This document shows positions 51,255 through 64,000 of a DNA stretch of 64,000 nt, in pieces. The DNA comes from Mobula hypostoma (taxonomy: Eukaryota), in NCBI RefSeq assembly GCF_963921235.1, contig NC_086118.1:19222001-19286000 (forward strand). Direction: 5' to 3'. The position numbers and the translations under genes are program-made. The notes under the pieces are model-generated. The model did no database searches. It had not been told where the DNA came from and worked only from the letters and a program-made list of their open reading frames with translations. Each line of letters starts with the position of its first letter. Within the stretch, counting starts at the first letter, position 1.

Positions 51255-53025
51255 GCTGTATGCCAGCCATTTTGGAGTATTGTGTGCAGTTTTGGTCACC
51301 TACTTACAGGAAAGGTGTAAACAAGGGAAAGTACAGAGAAAAATTACAGGGATGTTGCCAGGTCTGGAGTACCTGAGTTATAAGGAACGATTAAGTAGGT
51401 TAGGACTTTATTCCATAGCATGTAGAAGATTGAGAGGAGGTTTGATAGAGGTACACATAATTATGAGGGGTTTAGATGGGGTGACTGAAAGCAGGCCTTT
51501 TCCACTGAGCATCACACACAAAATGCTGGAGGAACTCAGCAGGCCAGGCAGCATCTATGAAAAAAAGGTACAGTCGATGTTTTGGGCTGAGACTCTGGCA
51601 GGACTGGAGGAAATAAAAGATGTGGTCAGGATTAGAAGGTGGAGAAGGGGAGACATAAACACCGGGTGATAGGTGAAGCCGGGGGCGGGGGCGGTGGAAT
51701 AAATAGCTGGGAAGTTGATTGGTGAAAGAGATACAGTGCTGGAGAAGGGTGAGTCCGATAGGTGGGGATAGGAGGCCATGGAAGAAAGAAAAGCGGGGAG
51801 GAGGACCAGAGGGGATGATGGGTAGGCAAGGAGATAAGTTGAGAGATGGAAAAGGGGATGGGGACTGGTGAAAGTGGGGGGGGGTGGGGGAGAAATTGAT
51901 GTTCATGCCATCAGGTTGGAGGCTACACAGAAGAAATATAAGGTGCTGTTCCTACAACCTGAGTGTGGCCCCATGGCGACAGTAGAGGAGGCCATGGATT
52001 GGCATATCGGAATAGGAATGAGAAATGGAATTAAAATGGGTGACCACTGGGAAATAGTCATAGTCATAGTCATACTTTATTGATCCCAGGGGAAATTGGT
52101 TTTCGTTACAGTTGTGCCATAAATAATAAATAGTAATAGAACCATAAATAGTTAAATAGTAATATGTAAATTATGCCAGTAAATTATGAAATAAGTCCAG
52201 GACCAGCCTATCGGCACAGGGTGTCTAACCCTCCAAGAGAGGAGATGTAAAGTTTGATGGCCACAGGCAGGAATGACTTCCTATGATGCTCTGTGCTGCA
52301 CCTCAGAGGAATGAGTCTCTGGCTGAATGTACTCCTGTGTCCACCCCCGTTTCTTCTGGCGGATGGAGCATAGGTGCTTGGCGAAGCGGTCTCCCAATCT
52401 ACGTCGGGTATCACCAGTATGCAGAAGGCCACACCGGGAGCACCAGATACAATAGTATCCCCAACTACTTACAGGTGAAGTGTCACCTCTACTGGAAGGA
52501 CTGTTTGGGGCCCTGAATGGTGGTGAGGGAGGAGGCGTATGGGCAGGTGTAGCGCTTGTTCTGCTTGCAAGGATAAGTGCCAGGAGGGAGATCAGTGGGG
52601 AGGGACGAATACACAAGAGAGTTGTGTGGGGAGTGATCCTTGTGGAAAGCAGAAATTGGGGTCCGAGGGAAAAATGTGTTTGGTGGTGGGATCCCATAGG
52701 AGATGGCACTGAGTTTGGGTGGGACTACAACCAGAGGTCATGAATTAAAGATGAAAGTTGAAAAGTATAAGGGATCATGAGGGGAAACTTCTTCACCCTG
52801 AGGGTCATGAGAGAGTGTAATGAGCTGGCAGTACAAGTGATGCATGCAGGCGTAATGTCAATGTTTAAGAGATGTTTGGATAGGTACATGGATAATAGGG
52901 GTATGGAGGGCTATGAACTTGTGCAGGTCGATGGGACTAGGAAGCTTAGATGGTTTTGGCATGGACTAGGTTGGCCAGAGGGCCTGTTTCTGTGTTGTAT
53001 TTTTCTATAACTCTTTGATTCCATG
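51255..53025 (+). mobile_element. CR1 3' fragment split by a PLE insertion
   Basis: LPGLEYLSYKERLSRLGLYS, then RGNFFTLRVMRECNEL after 52714. Confidence 0.78.
51510..52706 (-). mobile_element. Single-armed Neptune-type PLE, containing a LINE 3' fragment (about 52055-52348, (ACTATG)n tail)
   Basis: TSD CACTGAG (51503-51509, 52707-52713); YCIWCSRCGLLHTGDTRRRLGDRFAKH on the minus strand. Confidence 0.82.
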
Positions 53026-53325
53026 TACAGCAGAGGACCTTTCCCCAATCTGGTTACCTGCGGAAATTATTTTTTTATTTTTACATCTGCTACCTAATGG
53101 CCAGTGTAAGATGTGCACAATGATCTTAACCAATAGATCTACAACAGATTCAATCTGCAGGATACTTTCAAGCAATGTTACATGATTGACTGTACAAAGT
53201 TTTCAATTTATGTTTCTGAAAAACTGCAAGACATTTCTTATTAACTTTCTGCTGGAGTGGATGTGATCTGCAAATGGGAAACTTTTCAACATAGGTCACC
53301 TTTATTCTAGAACCAAAGTCACTTA

Positions 53326-56300
53326 TGCAATATATTTAATATTTCAGAAATATTATAAAAATATTGTAAATATCTTAACCATTTTTTTGTTTACATAATT
53401 AATTACAGGTTATATGTAAAAGTATGTGAATGGCATACGTCATTAGTGCCATCACGTCATATGTAAGCACCTGACTTAATGAAAAACTAAGAGTATATGA
53501 GCATTTCCTGGCTCCCATTGTTTTTCTTTCAATTAGTTTCTGGAATTACAAAATATAATGGTGGTGATGAGCAACTTCTAAAATGAACTTGAAACAGCTG
53601 ACTACCTGCTGAAGCATAGCATAATGATTTCCTCAGCAGGGAGAAGAGAGAGACGGTCGAATTAAAAGAAAAACAGCAGAAAATGGACAAAATTTACAGG
53701 TTCATAAATAGTATTGGGTGATAATAATAATAAATAAATAAAAGTAGAAATAGCTGACTACATCACAAAGATATACGCATTTGATTGCACAACAGGTAAC
53801 TAGATGATGCATACTGAATGAATTTTGCATTATTTTAAAGCAAATGGAATGGTCAATAAAAAGCGAGTGTCACTGAGTATAATTGGTGGAAAAGCAAACA
53901 GTTCACTTAGATGATTAACAGCTAAACCAGCTGAAATGAGCTTTGCTGATATTGTGAACATAATGCAAGAACATTTAGAACTAAAACCATTGTTGATTAC
54001 AGTTTTCTTTAGGTTTCATAAATGGAATCAAGAGGTAGGGAAGTCCATTTCAGCTTAAGTGGCTGAATTGAAGAAATTGAACATTGTCAGTTCAGTGATG
54101 GGCTTAATGATGCACAGAGAGATAATTTAGTTTGTGGAATCTTACAAGACGACATTCAAACCCAGTTCCTAACTGATGCAGAACTCACATTTAAAAGAGC
54201 AGTGGAAATCACTGATTCAGTGGAAACACAAGTGAGTTGCAGTCAGGAATGAAAAGGAGTGTGAACAAAATTGCAAAGTAAGAAGAGAAACCTGCCTGGC
54301 TGAACAAATTGTGTCACCATTGTGGCAGGTGCTCACATACAGCGGGCCAACGTTTAAGGGTGAAACTTGCTGAAAATGCAACAAAGTAGGACACAGACAA
54401 AGAACATCTCGGCCAGTCAAAAATAAATGGAAAGCACAAGTAAGAGCAAAAGAAAAGTCAAGATGCAATTTCAAAGAGAGCACTAATCTGCAAGCTGATG
54501 TTGGAAAATCAGATAGTGATGAAAGTGACACAGGACTGCGTAGCCTTGAGATTTCCCATGTGAAAACTAACAAGAGACAAGCAATATAGTTTTACACCAG
54601 AAGTGAACAGCAAATTAATTAAAATGGAATTGGACATTGGCTCGGCTGCTTCAGTCACTGCACAAAATAATTGTGAATGGCATTTCAAAGATACTGAACT
54701 GAAACCTACAAATATCCAACTAAGAACTTATACTGCAGAAAAGTTAACTCCTGTGGAACTGACACATGTAACTATGAAATACAACAACCAATAAGCCACG
54801 TTGGACTTGTATGTGATTAGAACAATAGGGCCATCATTGTGGGGCTGTGATTGGCTGAGACAACTACAACTTAATTGGAGATCTATCCACCATTTGCAAG
54901 CCACATTCCCTGCACATGAGTAAACTGAAAAAAAGAAAACTTAGAAAGATACTGGATGATGACAAAGCATTGTTCAAGGAGAGCATAGAAAAGCTAAAAC
55001 ACATCAACGGCAAAATCATGTTACATGAAAATGCCACACACAAATTTTACAAAGCCTGTCTGGTTCCATATACCATCTGTGACAAAGTAGCCAGTGAACT
55101 AGGTCACATGAAGGTTAATGGAATTCTTTCAATGACTGGGTGGAGAACATGGGCAATGCTAGTGATTCCAGTCACTAAGAAGAATGTGTATGTCAGGATT
55201 TGTAACTATTTAAAGATCACCATCAACCCGAACTGAGTGCAAGTTAATATTCTCGGCCCAGGATAGAGGATATCTTTGCAAACCTTCACTTCAGCAAAGT
55301 GGACTTAGCTGAGACCTACCTACAGATGGAGATGGAAGGAGAGTCGAAAGTGTTTCTCACCATGAACACTCACAAAGTGTGTTATCACTATAATAAGCAT
55401 ATTTTTAGAGTAACATCTGCACCTGCACTCTGGCAGAAATATATGAACCAGGTGCTGCAAGGTTGCCCAGTGTTACCTGACAAAGAACATCTCTAAAATA
55501 TCAACAGTGCTAAAATATTCAAAGATCATGGGCTCCAGCATGACGCAAAAAGTATGAATTCTTTAAGTGAAGCCTCACTTACTGTGGTCACACCATTGAC
55601 GCACAGAATTTACACAAGTGTGCTGAGAAAATTCAAACAGTTGTGGATGCCCCAAGGCCAAAGGACGTGCCACAGTTGTGGTCCTGTTTAGGATTTGTAA
55701 TTACTATCGCAAGTTCCTGCCAAACCTGGCTACTGTGGAGCAACTCTTGAACTCCTTACTGCACATCAAGAAGAAATGGCAATGGACAAAGCAGTGTGTG
55801 GTGGCTTTCCAAAGGCTAGGAAATAGTGACGTGAGACGCTATGCTCACACATTATAATCCACATCAACCAATGATGCTTGCGTGTAATGTTTCGCTATAT
55901 GAAATAGCTGCAGTCTAGCCACATGTTATGGATGATGGAAATGAACGCCCCATAGCATTCGCATCACATTCCCTTACTGCTGCAGAGAAAATTTACACAC
56001 AGATTGACAGAGAGGCCTTGAATCTGGTTTCAGGTGTAAAATGTATCAATCAGTACGTATTATGGGAGTGAGGTTACCTTCATTGCTGACCATCGAGCGA
56101 TATGTCCACCTTCAATCACAGAAAGTGTTTCCACTAACAGCAGAGATGGACTCTGCTTCTTGGAGGACACAATTACAAGATCGAATTCAAGGGGACATCT
56201 AATCACAGAAATTTTGACGGTTTGTTCCATTTATCCTTTGAAAAGGAAATACCTAAAAAATTTACCAAAGAGGACACTCCTCTTGACATATTAGACCATA

Positions 56301-59300
56301 AGACCATAAGATACAGGAGTAGAATTAGACCATTTGGTGCATTAAGTTTGCCCCACCATTTTATGATGGCTGTTCCAATTTTCCTTTCAGCCCCAGTCTC
56401 ATGTCTTCTCCCCATATTTCTTAATGCCCTGACCAATAAACTATCCATCAGCCTCTGCTCTGAATATACATAAAGACTTGGCCTCCACAGCTGCCTGTGG
56501 CAAAGAATTCCACAGACTGACCTCTCTCTGGCTAAAGAAATTCCACCGCATCTCCATTCTAAAAGGACCCCCCTACAGTCTGAGGCTGCATTCTCTGGTC
56601 TTAGATTCTCCCACCACAGAGAACATCCTCTCCACATACATGCTTTCAAGGCCGTTCATCATTCAATCGGTTTTAATGAAGTCACCCTTTATTCATCTGA
56701 ATTCTAAAGAATGAGGCCCAGAGCCGTCAAACTCTCTTCATATGACAAGCCATTCAATTTTGGAATCATTTTTGCAAACCTCCTTTGAACCCTCTCCAGT
56801 TTCAGCACATCTTTTCTAAGATAAGGGGCCCAGAACTGCTCATAATACTCCAAGTGAGACCTCACCAGTGCTTTATAAATTCTTTGACCCGTGACCAATT
56901 GGCATTTGTGATTGATTAGCAAGAGCAAATTAAAGGAAGGCAGGGACAAGCACAGCATCTGCAGTCTGAGTGAACAGAGTCAGAGTGGGCATCTTGAGGC
57001 ATTAGCTCTCCGAGGCTTCAACAAAGAGAAATTTCAATCAGAGAAAGTCAATCGGAGTCCATCTCTGCTAGGTTAAGTTCTTTTATTCCCTTCCCTTCTG
57101 CTCAGCTAGGATAGTAGAGATGCCAGGTAAATTAGTCGGATGCTCCTCTTATGGGAGGACAGGGAGACCTCCAGTGTTCCTACGATGACAACTGTGAGAA
57201 GTTCATCCAGCTGCAGCTTCTAACAATCCACATTAAGGAGTTGATCTGGAACTGGTTGAACTCCAGATCATTTGGGAGGCTGAAAGCGTGATAGGCAGGC
57301 CATATAAAGAGGTAGTTACACCCTGGGTGCAGGACACAAAAGACTGGGTAGCAGTCAGGAAGGGGAAAGGAGTTATGGAGCCAGAGAAGAGTACCCTGGT
57401 GACCACCCCCCTCAACAATAGGTATATAACTTTGGATTCTGGTGGGGGATGGTTGCCCTTATAAAGGAAAGCCACAGCGGTCGAGTCTCTGGCATTGAGT
57501 CTGACTCTATGACTCACAAAGGAAGGGGGGAGAAAAGGCACACTGAGGAGATAGTGGATTTGTTAGTCAGGGAAATGGACAGGAGGTTCTGTGGGTGAGA
57601 ATAAAATTCCCAGATGGTATGCTGCCTCCTGGAGCCAGGGTCCGGAATATCTCAGAATGTGTCCTCAGCATTCTTAACTAGAAGGGTGAACACCCAGATG
57701 TCATGATCCATGTAGATACCAATGACATGGGTAGGACAAGAGACGAGGTTCTGCAGAGGGAGTTCAGGGAGTTAAGGGCTAAGTTAAAGGGCAGGACCTC
57801 CAGAGTTGGTGACCTCATGGTTGCTACCCATGCTGCATGCTAGTGAGGCTAGAACTAGGAAGATTATACAATTTAATACGTAGCTAAGGAGTTGGTGTAG
57901 GAGGGAAGGCATACAAATTTTTGATCATTGGGCTCTCTTCCAGGGAAGGTCAGACCTGTACAGAAGAAACTGTTTGCACCTGAAATGGAGGGGGACTAAT
58001 ATCCTGGCAGGAAGGTTTGTTAATTCTGCACGGTGGAGTTTAAGGTAGAGTTGCAGGGGGATGGGGACCAGAGTACCGGAACAGCAAGTGGAGAGGCCAT
58101 GGAGGCAGATGTTGGTAAGACCTCGGACAAAGTTAGGAATCAAAAGGTTGAGCATGGTGCGACTAGTGTCCTGAGCTGCCTGTATATCAATGCAAGAAGT
58201 ATCGTAGGAAAGGCGGATAATATTGCTGAAGATGAGGTTGCTGGTCTACAAACAGAGGAGATGTGTAGTGAGGAGAGGCTGTTGATAGGGCACAATTGCA
58301 CTCAACAGGATGAGTTGCAACATAAAACGTGGACAAAATCAAAAAGGGTGAATACAGAACTGAAAGTGTTATATTTGAATGCACGCAGTATACAGAATAA
58401 GGTAGGTAAACTTGTAGCACAGGTGCAGACTGGCAGGTTTGATGTTGAAGGCATCACTGAACCAAGGCAGAAAGAAGATTATAGCTGGGAGCTTAATGTC
58501 TAAGGATACACATTGTATCAAAAGGACAGGCAGGAATGCAAAGGTGGCAGCATTGTTCTGTTGTTAAAAAAAATGAAATCAAATCATTAGAGAGAAGTGA
58601 CATGGTGTCAGAAGGTGTTGAATCATTGTGTATAGAGCTAAGGAACTGCAAACATAAAAAGACCCTGATGGGAGTTATATTCAGACCCCAAACAGTAGTA
58701 AGGATGTGCCTACAAATTACAGCGGGACATAGAAAATGTATGCCTAAAGGGCAGTATTACAGCAGTCATGCAGGTGGATTGGGAAAATCAGGGTGGTGCT
58801 GGATTTGAGGAGGGTGAATTTCTAGAGTGCCTACAAGATAGCTTTTTAGAGCAGCTCATGGTTGAGCCCATTGGGGATCAACTATTCTGGGCTGGGTGTT
58901 GTGCAATGAACCAGAATTGATTAGTGAGCTTCAGCTAAAAGAACCCTTCAGGGAAAGCGATCATTATATGATCGAATTCACCCTGAAATTCAAGGAGGAG
59001 AAGCTAATGTCAGATGTGTCAACATTACAGTGGTGTAAAGGGAATTTACTAAGGCATGAGAGAGGAGTTGGTCAGAATTGATTGGAAAAGTATACTGGAA
59101 AGGATGGTGGCAGGGCAGCAATATCTGGAATTATTGGAAGCAATTCAAAAGGCACAGGATATATACATCCCAAAGGGAAATAAGTATTCTAAAGGAAAAA
59201 TGACACAACCATGGCTAACAGAGGAAGTCAACTCAAGAACATAAGAGCATAAGAAATACGAGTAGGAGTAGGCCATCTGGCCCAGCGAGCCTACTCTGCC

Positions 59301-60749
59301 ATTCAATAAGATCATGGCTGATCATTTCCATCTACTTGCCTTTTCCCCCTAACTGTTAGTTCCCCTACTGTACAAAAATCTATCCAACCTTGTCTTAAAT
59401 ATATTTACTGAAGTAGTCTCCACTGCTACACTGGGCAGAGAATTCCACAGATTCACCACGCTCTGGGAAAAGCAGATCCTCCTCACTCCCCGGAATCTTG
59501 AGGTTATGTCAAAACCAACATAAAAGCCAAAGAGAGGGCATATAAATTACAGCAAAAATTAGTGGGAAGTTAGAGATTTGGGGAGCTTTTAAAAACCAAA
59601 AGAAGGCAGTAAAAAAGCAATTAAGGTAAAGATGGAATACGAAAGTAAGCTAGCTAATAATATTAAAGATGATATGAAAAGTTTCTTCAGCTATATAAAG
59701 AGTAAAAGAGAGTTGAGAGTGGATATCGGACCGCTGGTTGCCGAGATGCCGCATATGAGGTTGCTTAATAAGCTAGGAGCCCATTACAGGAAATATTCTA
59801 GCATGGATATAACAGTGGCTGATTGGCAGGAGGCAAAGAGTGGGAATAAAAGGAACTTTTTCTGGTTGGCTGCTGCTGACTAGTGGTGTTCCTCAGGGGT
59901 CTGTGTTGGGACCGATTCTTTTTGTGTTATATGTCAATGACTTAGATGATAGAATTGATGGCTTTGTTGTGAAGTTTGTAGACAATATGAAGATAGGTGG
60001 AGAGGCAGGTAGTTTTGAGGCAGTAGAGAGGCTACAGAAGGACTGAGACAGATTAGGAGAATGGACAAAGAAATGGCAGATGGAATATAGTGTTGGGAAG
60101 TGTATGGTCATGCATTTTAGTAGAAGAAATGAAATGGTTGAATACTTTTTAATTGTAGAGAAAATTTTAAATAAATGAGGCACAAAGGGACTTGAGAGTC
60201 CTTGTGCAGGATTCCCTAAAGGTTAATTTTCAGGTTGAGTCTGTGGTGAGGAAAGCAAATGCAATGTTAGTATTCATTTCAAGAGGACTAGAATATAACA
60301 GCAATGTTGATTTATGTGGGAGTTGATTTACTGTCCAAGCTGAGAGCTGAAGTGTTGGAGGAGCTACATGCTGGTTATCTAGGTATGATCAAAATGAAAG
60401 TGTTGGCTCAAAGCTTTGTCTGATGGCCTGGGATAGATCAACAGAATCAGCAGCTGAACATGAACTGTTCAGGATGCCAACACATCTAGAACTGAGGTGC
60501 CCAGAGCTGTCAGAACCATTTCCTGCAGTCCCAGAGTCAACTTCTATCTCCACCACAGAGGAGGCACAGAACATGAGATTGTTTCATAACTACATTTACA
60601 TCCGCCAAGCAGATTGACCTTCATTGACAGGAGAGAAATTATCCCAGAACTGTAAGAAATCCTCCACAGCGACGAAATCCATAGGCCTGAATGAGACAGT
60701 TTAAAATTTACTATGCTGTGGATGTCTATAGAGTAGTTGCATTATGATG
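53326..60749 (+). mobile_element. Heavily decayed Gypsy LTR retrotransposon (gag-PR-RT-RH-IN), split by the CR1 insertion at 56293-60304
   Basis: Short LTR about 53326-53560, PBS-like TGGTGATGAG, protease KMELDIGSAASV, RT DLAETYLQ and SAPALWQK, RNase H region ERPIAFASHSLT, and integrase HHCC (ELHAGYLGMIKMKVLAQSFV*WPGID) resuming at about 60310. Confidence 0.82.
56293..60304. mobile_element. Near-full-length CR1 with 5' inversion (3' part on minus 56293-56880, 5' part on plus 56881-60304)
   Basis: Tail (CCATAAGA)n at 56295. The plus part has ORF1 esterase, APE and partial RT and ends at ...GGACTAGAATATAACAGCAA. The minus part starts at the next CR1 motif, YKALVRSHLEY. A further CR1 3' fragment sits at about 59232-59508. 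Confidence 0.8.
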
Positions 60750-60751
60750 TA

Positions 60752-62353
60752 CACTGCATCCCTGGTTAAAATTTCTGTTACTGTGAATAGTTGAGTGACT
60801 GGAAGATGAACTGATCTCCAAAAGTCAAAAGTTAAAGATGAAACATTCTTTTCAACATCTTAAGCAAGATTAGTGTATTATTTTTGTTTTGTACAATTTT
60901 AGAGTGAAAAAAAAGGAAAGGAGCACCATGCAAAAGTTTGGGCACCCCAAGAGATTTGAGCTGTGAGATAACTTTTACCACGGTCTCAGACCTTAATTAG
61001 CTTGTTAGGGCTATGGTTTGTTCACAGTCATCGTTAGGAAAGGCCAGGTGATGCAAATTTCCCAGCTTTATAAATACCCTGACTCCTCAAACCTTGTCCC
61101 AACAATCAGCAGCCATGGGCTCTTCTAAGCAGCTGCCTAGCACTCTGAAAATTAAAATTAATGATGCCCACAAAGCAGGAGAAGGCTATAAGAAGATAGC
61201 AAAGCGTTTTTAGGTAGCCGTTTCCTCAGTTCATAATGTAATTAAGGAATGGCGGTTAACAGGAACGGTGGAGGTCAAGTTGAGGTCTGGAAGAACAAGA
61301 AAACTTTCCAAGAGAACTGCTCATAGGATGGCTAGGAAGGCAAATCAAAACCCCTGTTTAACTGCAAAAGATCTTCAGGAAGATTTAGCAGACTCTGAAG
61401 TTGGGTTGCACTGTTCTACTGTGCAGCGACACCTGCACAAGTATGACCTTCATGGAAGAGTCATCAGAAGAAAACCTTTTCTGCGTCCTCACCACAAAAT
61501 TCAGCGTCAGAAGTTTGCAAAGGAACGTCTAAGCAAGCCAGATGCATTTTGGAAACAAGTCCTGTGAACTGATGAAGTTAAAATAGAACTTTTTGGCCGC
61601 AATGAGCAAAGTTATGTTTGGAGAAAAAGGGGTGCAGAATTTCATGAAAAGAACACCTCTCCAATTGTTAAGCACGGGGGTGGGTCGGTCATGCTTTGGG
61701 CTTATGTTGCAGCCAGTGGCATGGGGAACATTTCACAGGTAGAGGGGAGAATGAGTTCGATTAAATACCATCAAATTCTGGAAACAAACATCACACCATC
61801 TGTAAAAAGCTGAAGATGAAACAAGGAAGGCTTCTACAACAGGATAATGATCCTAACCACGCCTCAAAATCCACAATGAGCTACCTCAAGAGGTGCAAGC
61901 TGAAGGTTTTGCCATGGCCCTCACAGTCTCCTGACCTAAAAATCATCGAAAATCTGTGATAGACCTCAAAAGAGCAGTGTTGCCAGACGGCCCAAGAATC
62001 TCACAGAACTAGAAGCCTTTTGCAAGGAAGAATGGGCAAAAATTCCCCAAACAAGAACTGAAAGACTCTTAGCTGGCTACAGAAAGTGTTTACAAGTTGT
62101 GATACTTGCCAAAGGGGGTGTTACTAATTACTGACCAGGCAGGGTGCCCAAACTTTTGCTTCAGGCCCTTTTCCATTTTTGTTATTTCGAAACTGTAAAA
62201 GATGGAAATAAAAAAGTAAGCTTGCTTAAAATATTAAAGAAATGTGTCATCTTTAACTTTGTGCCTTTTGGAAATCAGGTCATCTTTCACTCGCTTAGCT
62301 ATTCACAGTAACAGAAATTTTGACCGGGGTGCCGAAACTTTTGCATGCCACTG
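60752..62353 (+). mobile_element. Tc1-family DNA transposon, IR/DR type
   Basis: TA flanks (60750-60751, 62354-62355); about 200-bp TIRs with direct repeats TGCAAAAGTTTGGGCACCCC (near 60929) and reverse-complement copies near 62142 and 62327. Confidence 0.93.
61115..62134 (+). pseudogene. Tc1 transposase (DD34E), inactivated
   Basis: MGSSKQL...GEGYKKIAKRF, SGRTRKLS, TDEVKIELFG, KHGGGSVMLW, QQDNDPNH and WPSQSPDLKIIENL. Stops near 61211, 61565 and 61957; frameshift near 61808. Confidence 0.93.
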
Positions 62354-62358
62354 TATAT

Positions 62359-64000
62359 TGTGGTGAGCATTTGGTCCATAATGACAGACGGGGAAGCTCA
62401 CTAACTCAACAACTGTTTTATTGTGATAAACACAAAACAGGCCAGGCACTATGACCCAAAGAGTGAACCCAACCAGTCTCATATAGATGGGGGGAGGTGA
62501 CAATCACACACCCCAGTTACAGTTAGGATGACCCACAAAGACACAGGCGAGTAACTGTATAACCCAAGCTAAAATGTAGCAATAAATGAATTGGAACTTC
62601 CCACCATAATCCCACAAAAACATTTGAACACAAGAACTATAAACAGTGCTGGTCATTAAAACTGCGGGGGGTGGCTACCAGCCATGCTTCCTCCGAGTGT
62701 CACACTGCCCCCACCTGAGGGGTCAGCCATCCTCAGCAATCCCAGAGTCCATAATCAAGTCCAAAAGTTCTGGTGATGGCCAACACTGTCGCCTGAGGCA
62801 CTGGGGGTCCTGGAGCCCCCTCCAGGCAAGGCCCTGTTTGTGTGAGACAAGAGGCAGGGCACTCAGAGTGTTACTTCTTTCGGCCTTGCTGGGTTAGTGG
62901 TGGCCAAGGGCCAACACAGTGTAAGCCAGTCCCGCGCAGCACGACTGCCTCTCCCTGCTCATGCAACTGCTCATGATATACCACATCGAAGATGTGATTG
63001 AGCACCTGTCCTTCCAGCGGCTTCCAAGCCTGGAGGATAGTCCCTTCTTCAGGGAGTGGCAGTAGATCTGTACTGGCACCCTAGACTGGCAGCCTGGCCC
63101 CTTCTGGGATGTGCAGACATCACAGCAGTACATGAATAGCTCCGCGTCCTGCCTGTGCCCAGGCCAGTAGAAGCATTTGCCCAGCCTGCCCAATGTCTTT
63201 GCAAATCCGAATTGTCCAGTTGCCAGCAGCCCATGCGCCATCGCACGGAGCCCCCGGGGGTTCCCCAGCTGCAAGGGACGTCTGTCACTGTCGGACAACT
63301 GCCACCGCCGGAACAGCAATAAGTCGCGCACCTCCAGCGTTTCCCACTGAGAGTATAGAGCTTTGGACTCTGGATCCAGGATGGAGACATCTGTCTAATC
63401 CCCCCATCACCCCGTGCTTAGGCATCCCCTTACCCGGGCCAGCACAGGATCACTCGTGCTCCAGAGGGGGGAGGTCGTCACTGTCTGTCACCTGAAGGTC
63501 CATCACCATCATTTGCCCCTGGATCGGCTGTGTTGCGTTGGGCCTCTGTGGGGTGAACCGCACGGCCGCGAGCCGTTGGTGGTTGCTGCCTGCGCTAGGT
63601 CCCATTCATGGCACTGCCCCACCAGAGAGTCACAGCTTCGGCACCGAGGTAGAGTCCTTGACACATTCACGCGGGTCCCCCAGCAGGACAGCAGGTTCAG
63701 GCCAAAGATGCTAGACTCTCGGATGTCACCTCCTGCTCCACCATGTTTTTCCCCTCTGCGATGCACAGCACCTCTTCCCTCGCATTGCCGCACAGTCACC
63801 AGTGACCATAGCCAGCTGGACCACCATCGTCAGTGACCCAGGCAGGGATGGCTGGTCTGTGTTGGGGAGAACACCAGGACGGATGATAGTGTTGGTTGAC
63901 CCCAGGTCCACCAATGCATGGCATCTGATGCCCTGCACCACGCTGTCCACGTATAATCCTTGTTCTTCACCAAAATGGCCCACCTGGAGGAGTGACAATG
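62359..64000 (-). mobile_element. Internally deleted Gypsy LTR element (runs off the window end)
   Basis: 3' LTR 62704-62359 (TGTGAC...CCACA, with AATAAA), PPT-like GGTGGGGGCAG, integrase Zn finger GQFGFAKTL...FYWPG...CCDVC and protease ALVDLGSTNTII. No RT or RNase H between them. Confidence 0.78.

Overview
Eukaryotic (vertebrate) DNA, most likely a cartilaginous fish (shark or ray); this is inferred only from the repeat families present. I found no host protein-coding exon, RNA gene or CRISPR array. The window is intergenic or intronic and dominated by nested transposable elements: (1) a full-length but decayed Gmr1-type Gypsy LTR retrotransposon (1187-10518, integrase before RT); (2) two more decayed Gypsy elements and several solo LTRs; (3) many CR1 and Rex/Babar-like LINE pieces; (4) V-domain and other tRNA-derived SINEs; (5) an IR/DR Tc1 transposon, nested hAT MITEs and a Harbinger fossil; (6) numerous Neptune-type Penelope-like element (PLE) 3' ends carrying minimal hammerhead ribozyme motifs. 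The most striking signal is that PLE insertions recur as head-to-head palindromes inside a single target-site duplication (4061-5963, 11437-11671, 14920-15855). Their asymmetry argues for reverse transcription primed independently from both cut target strands. Coordinates were read by eye and may be off by a few bases; identity values are rough estimates, not computed alignments.
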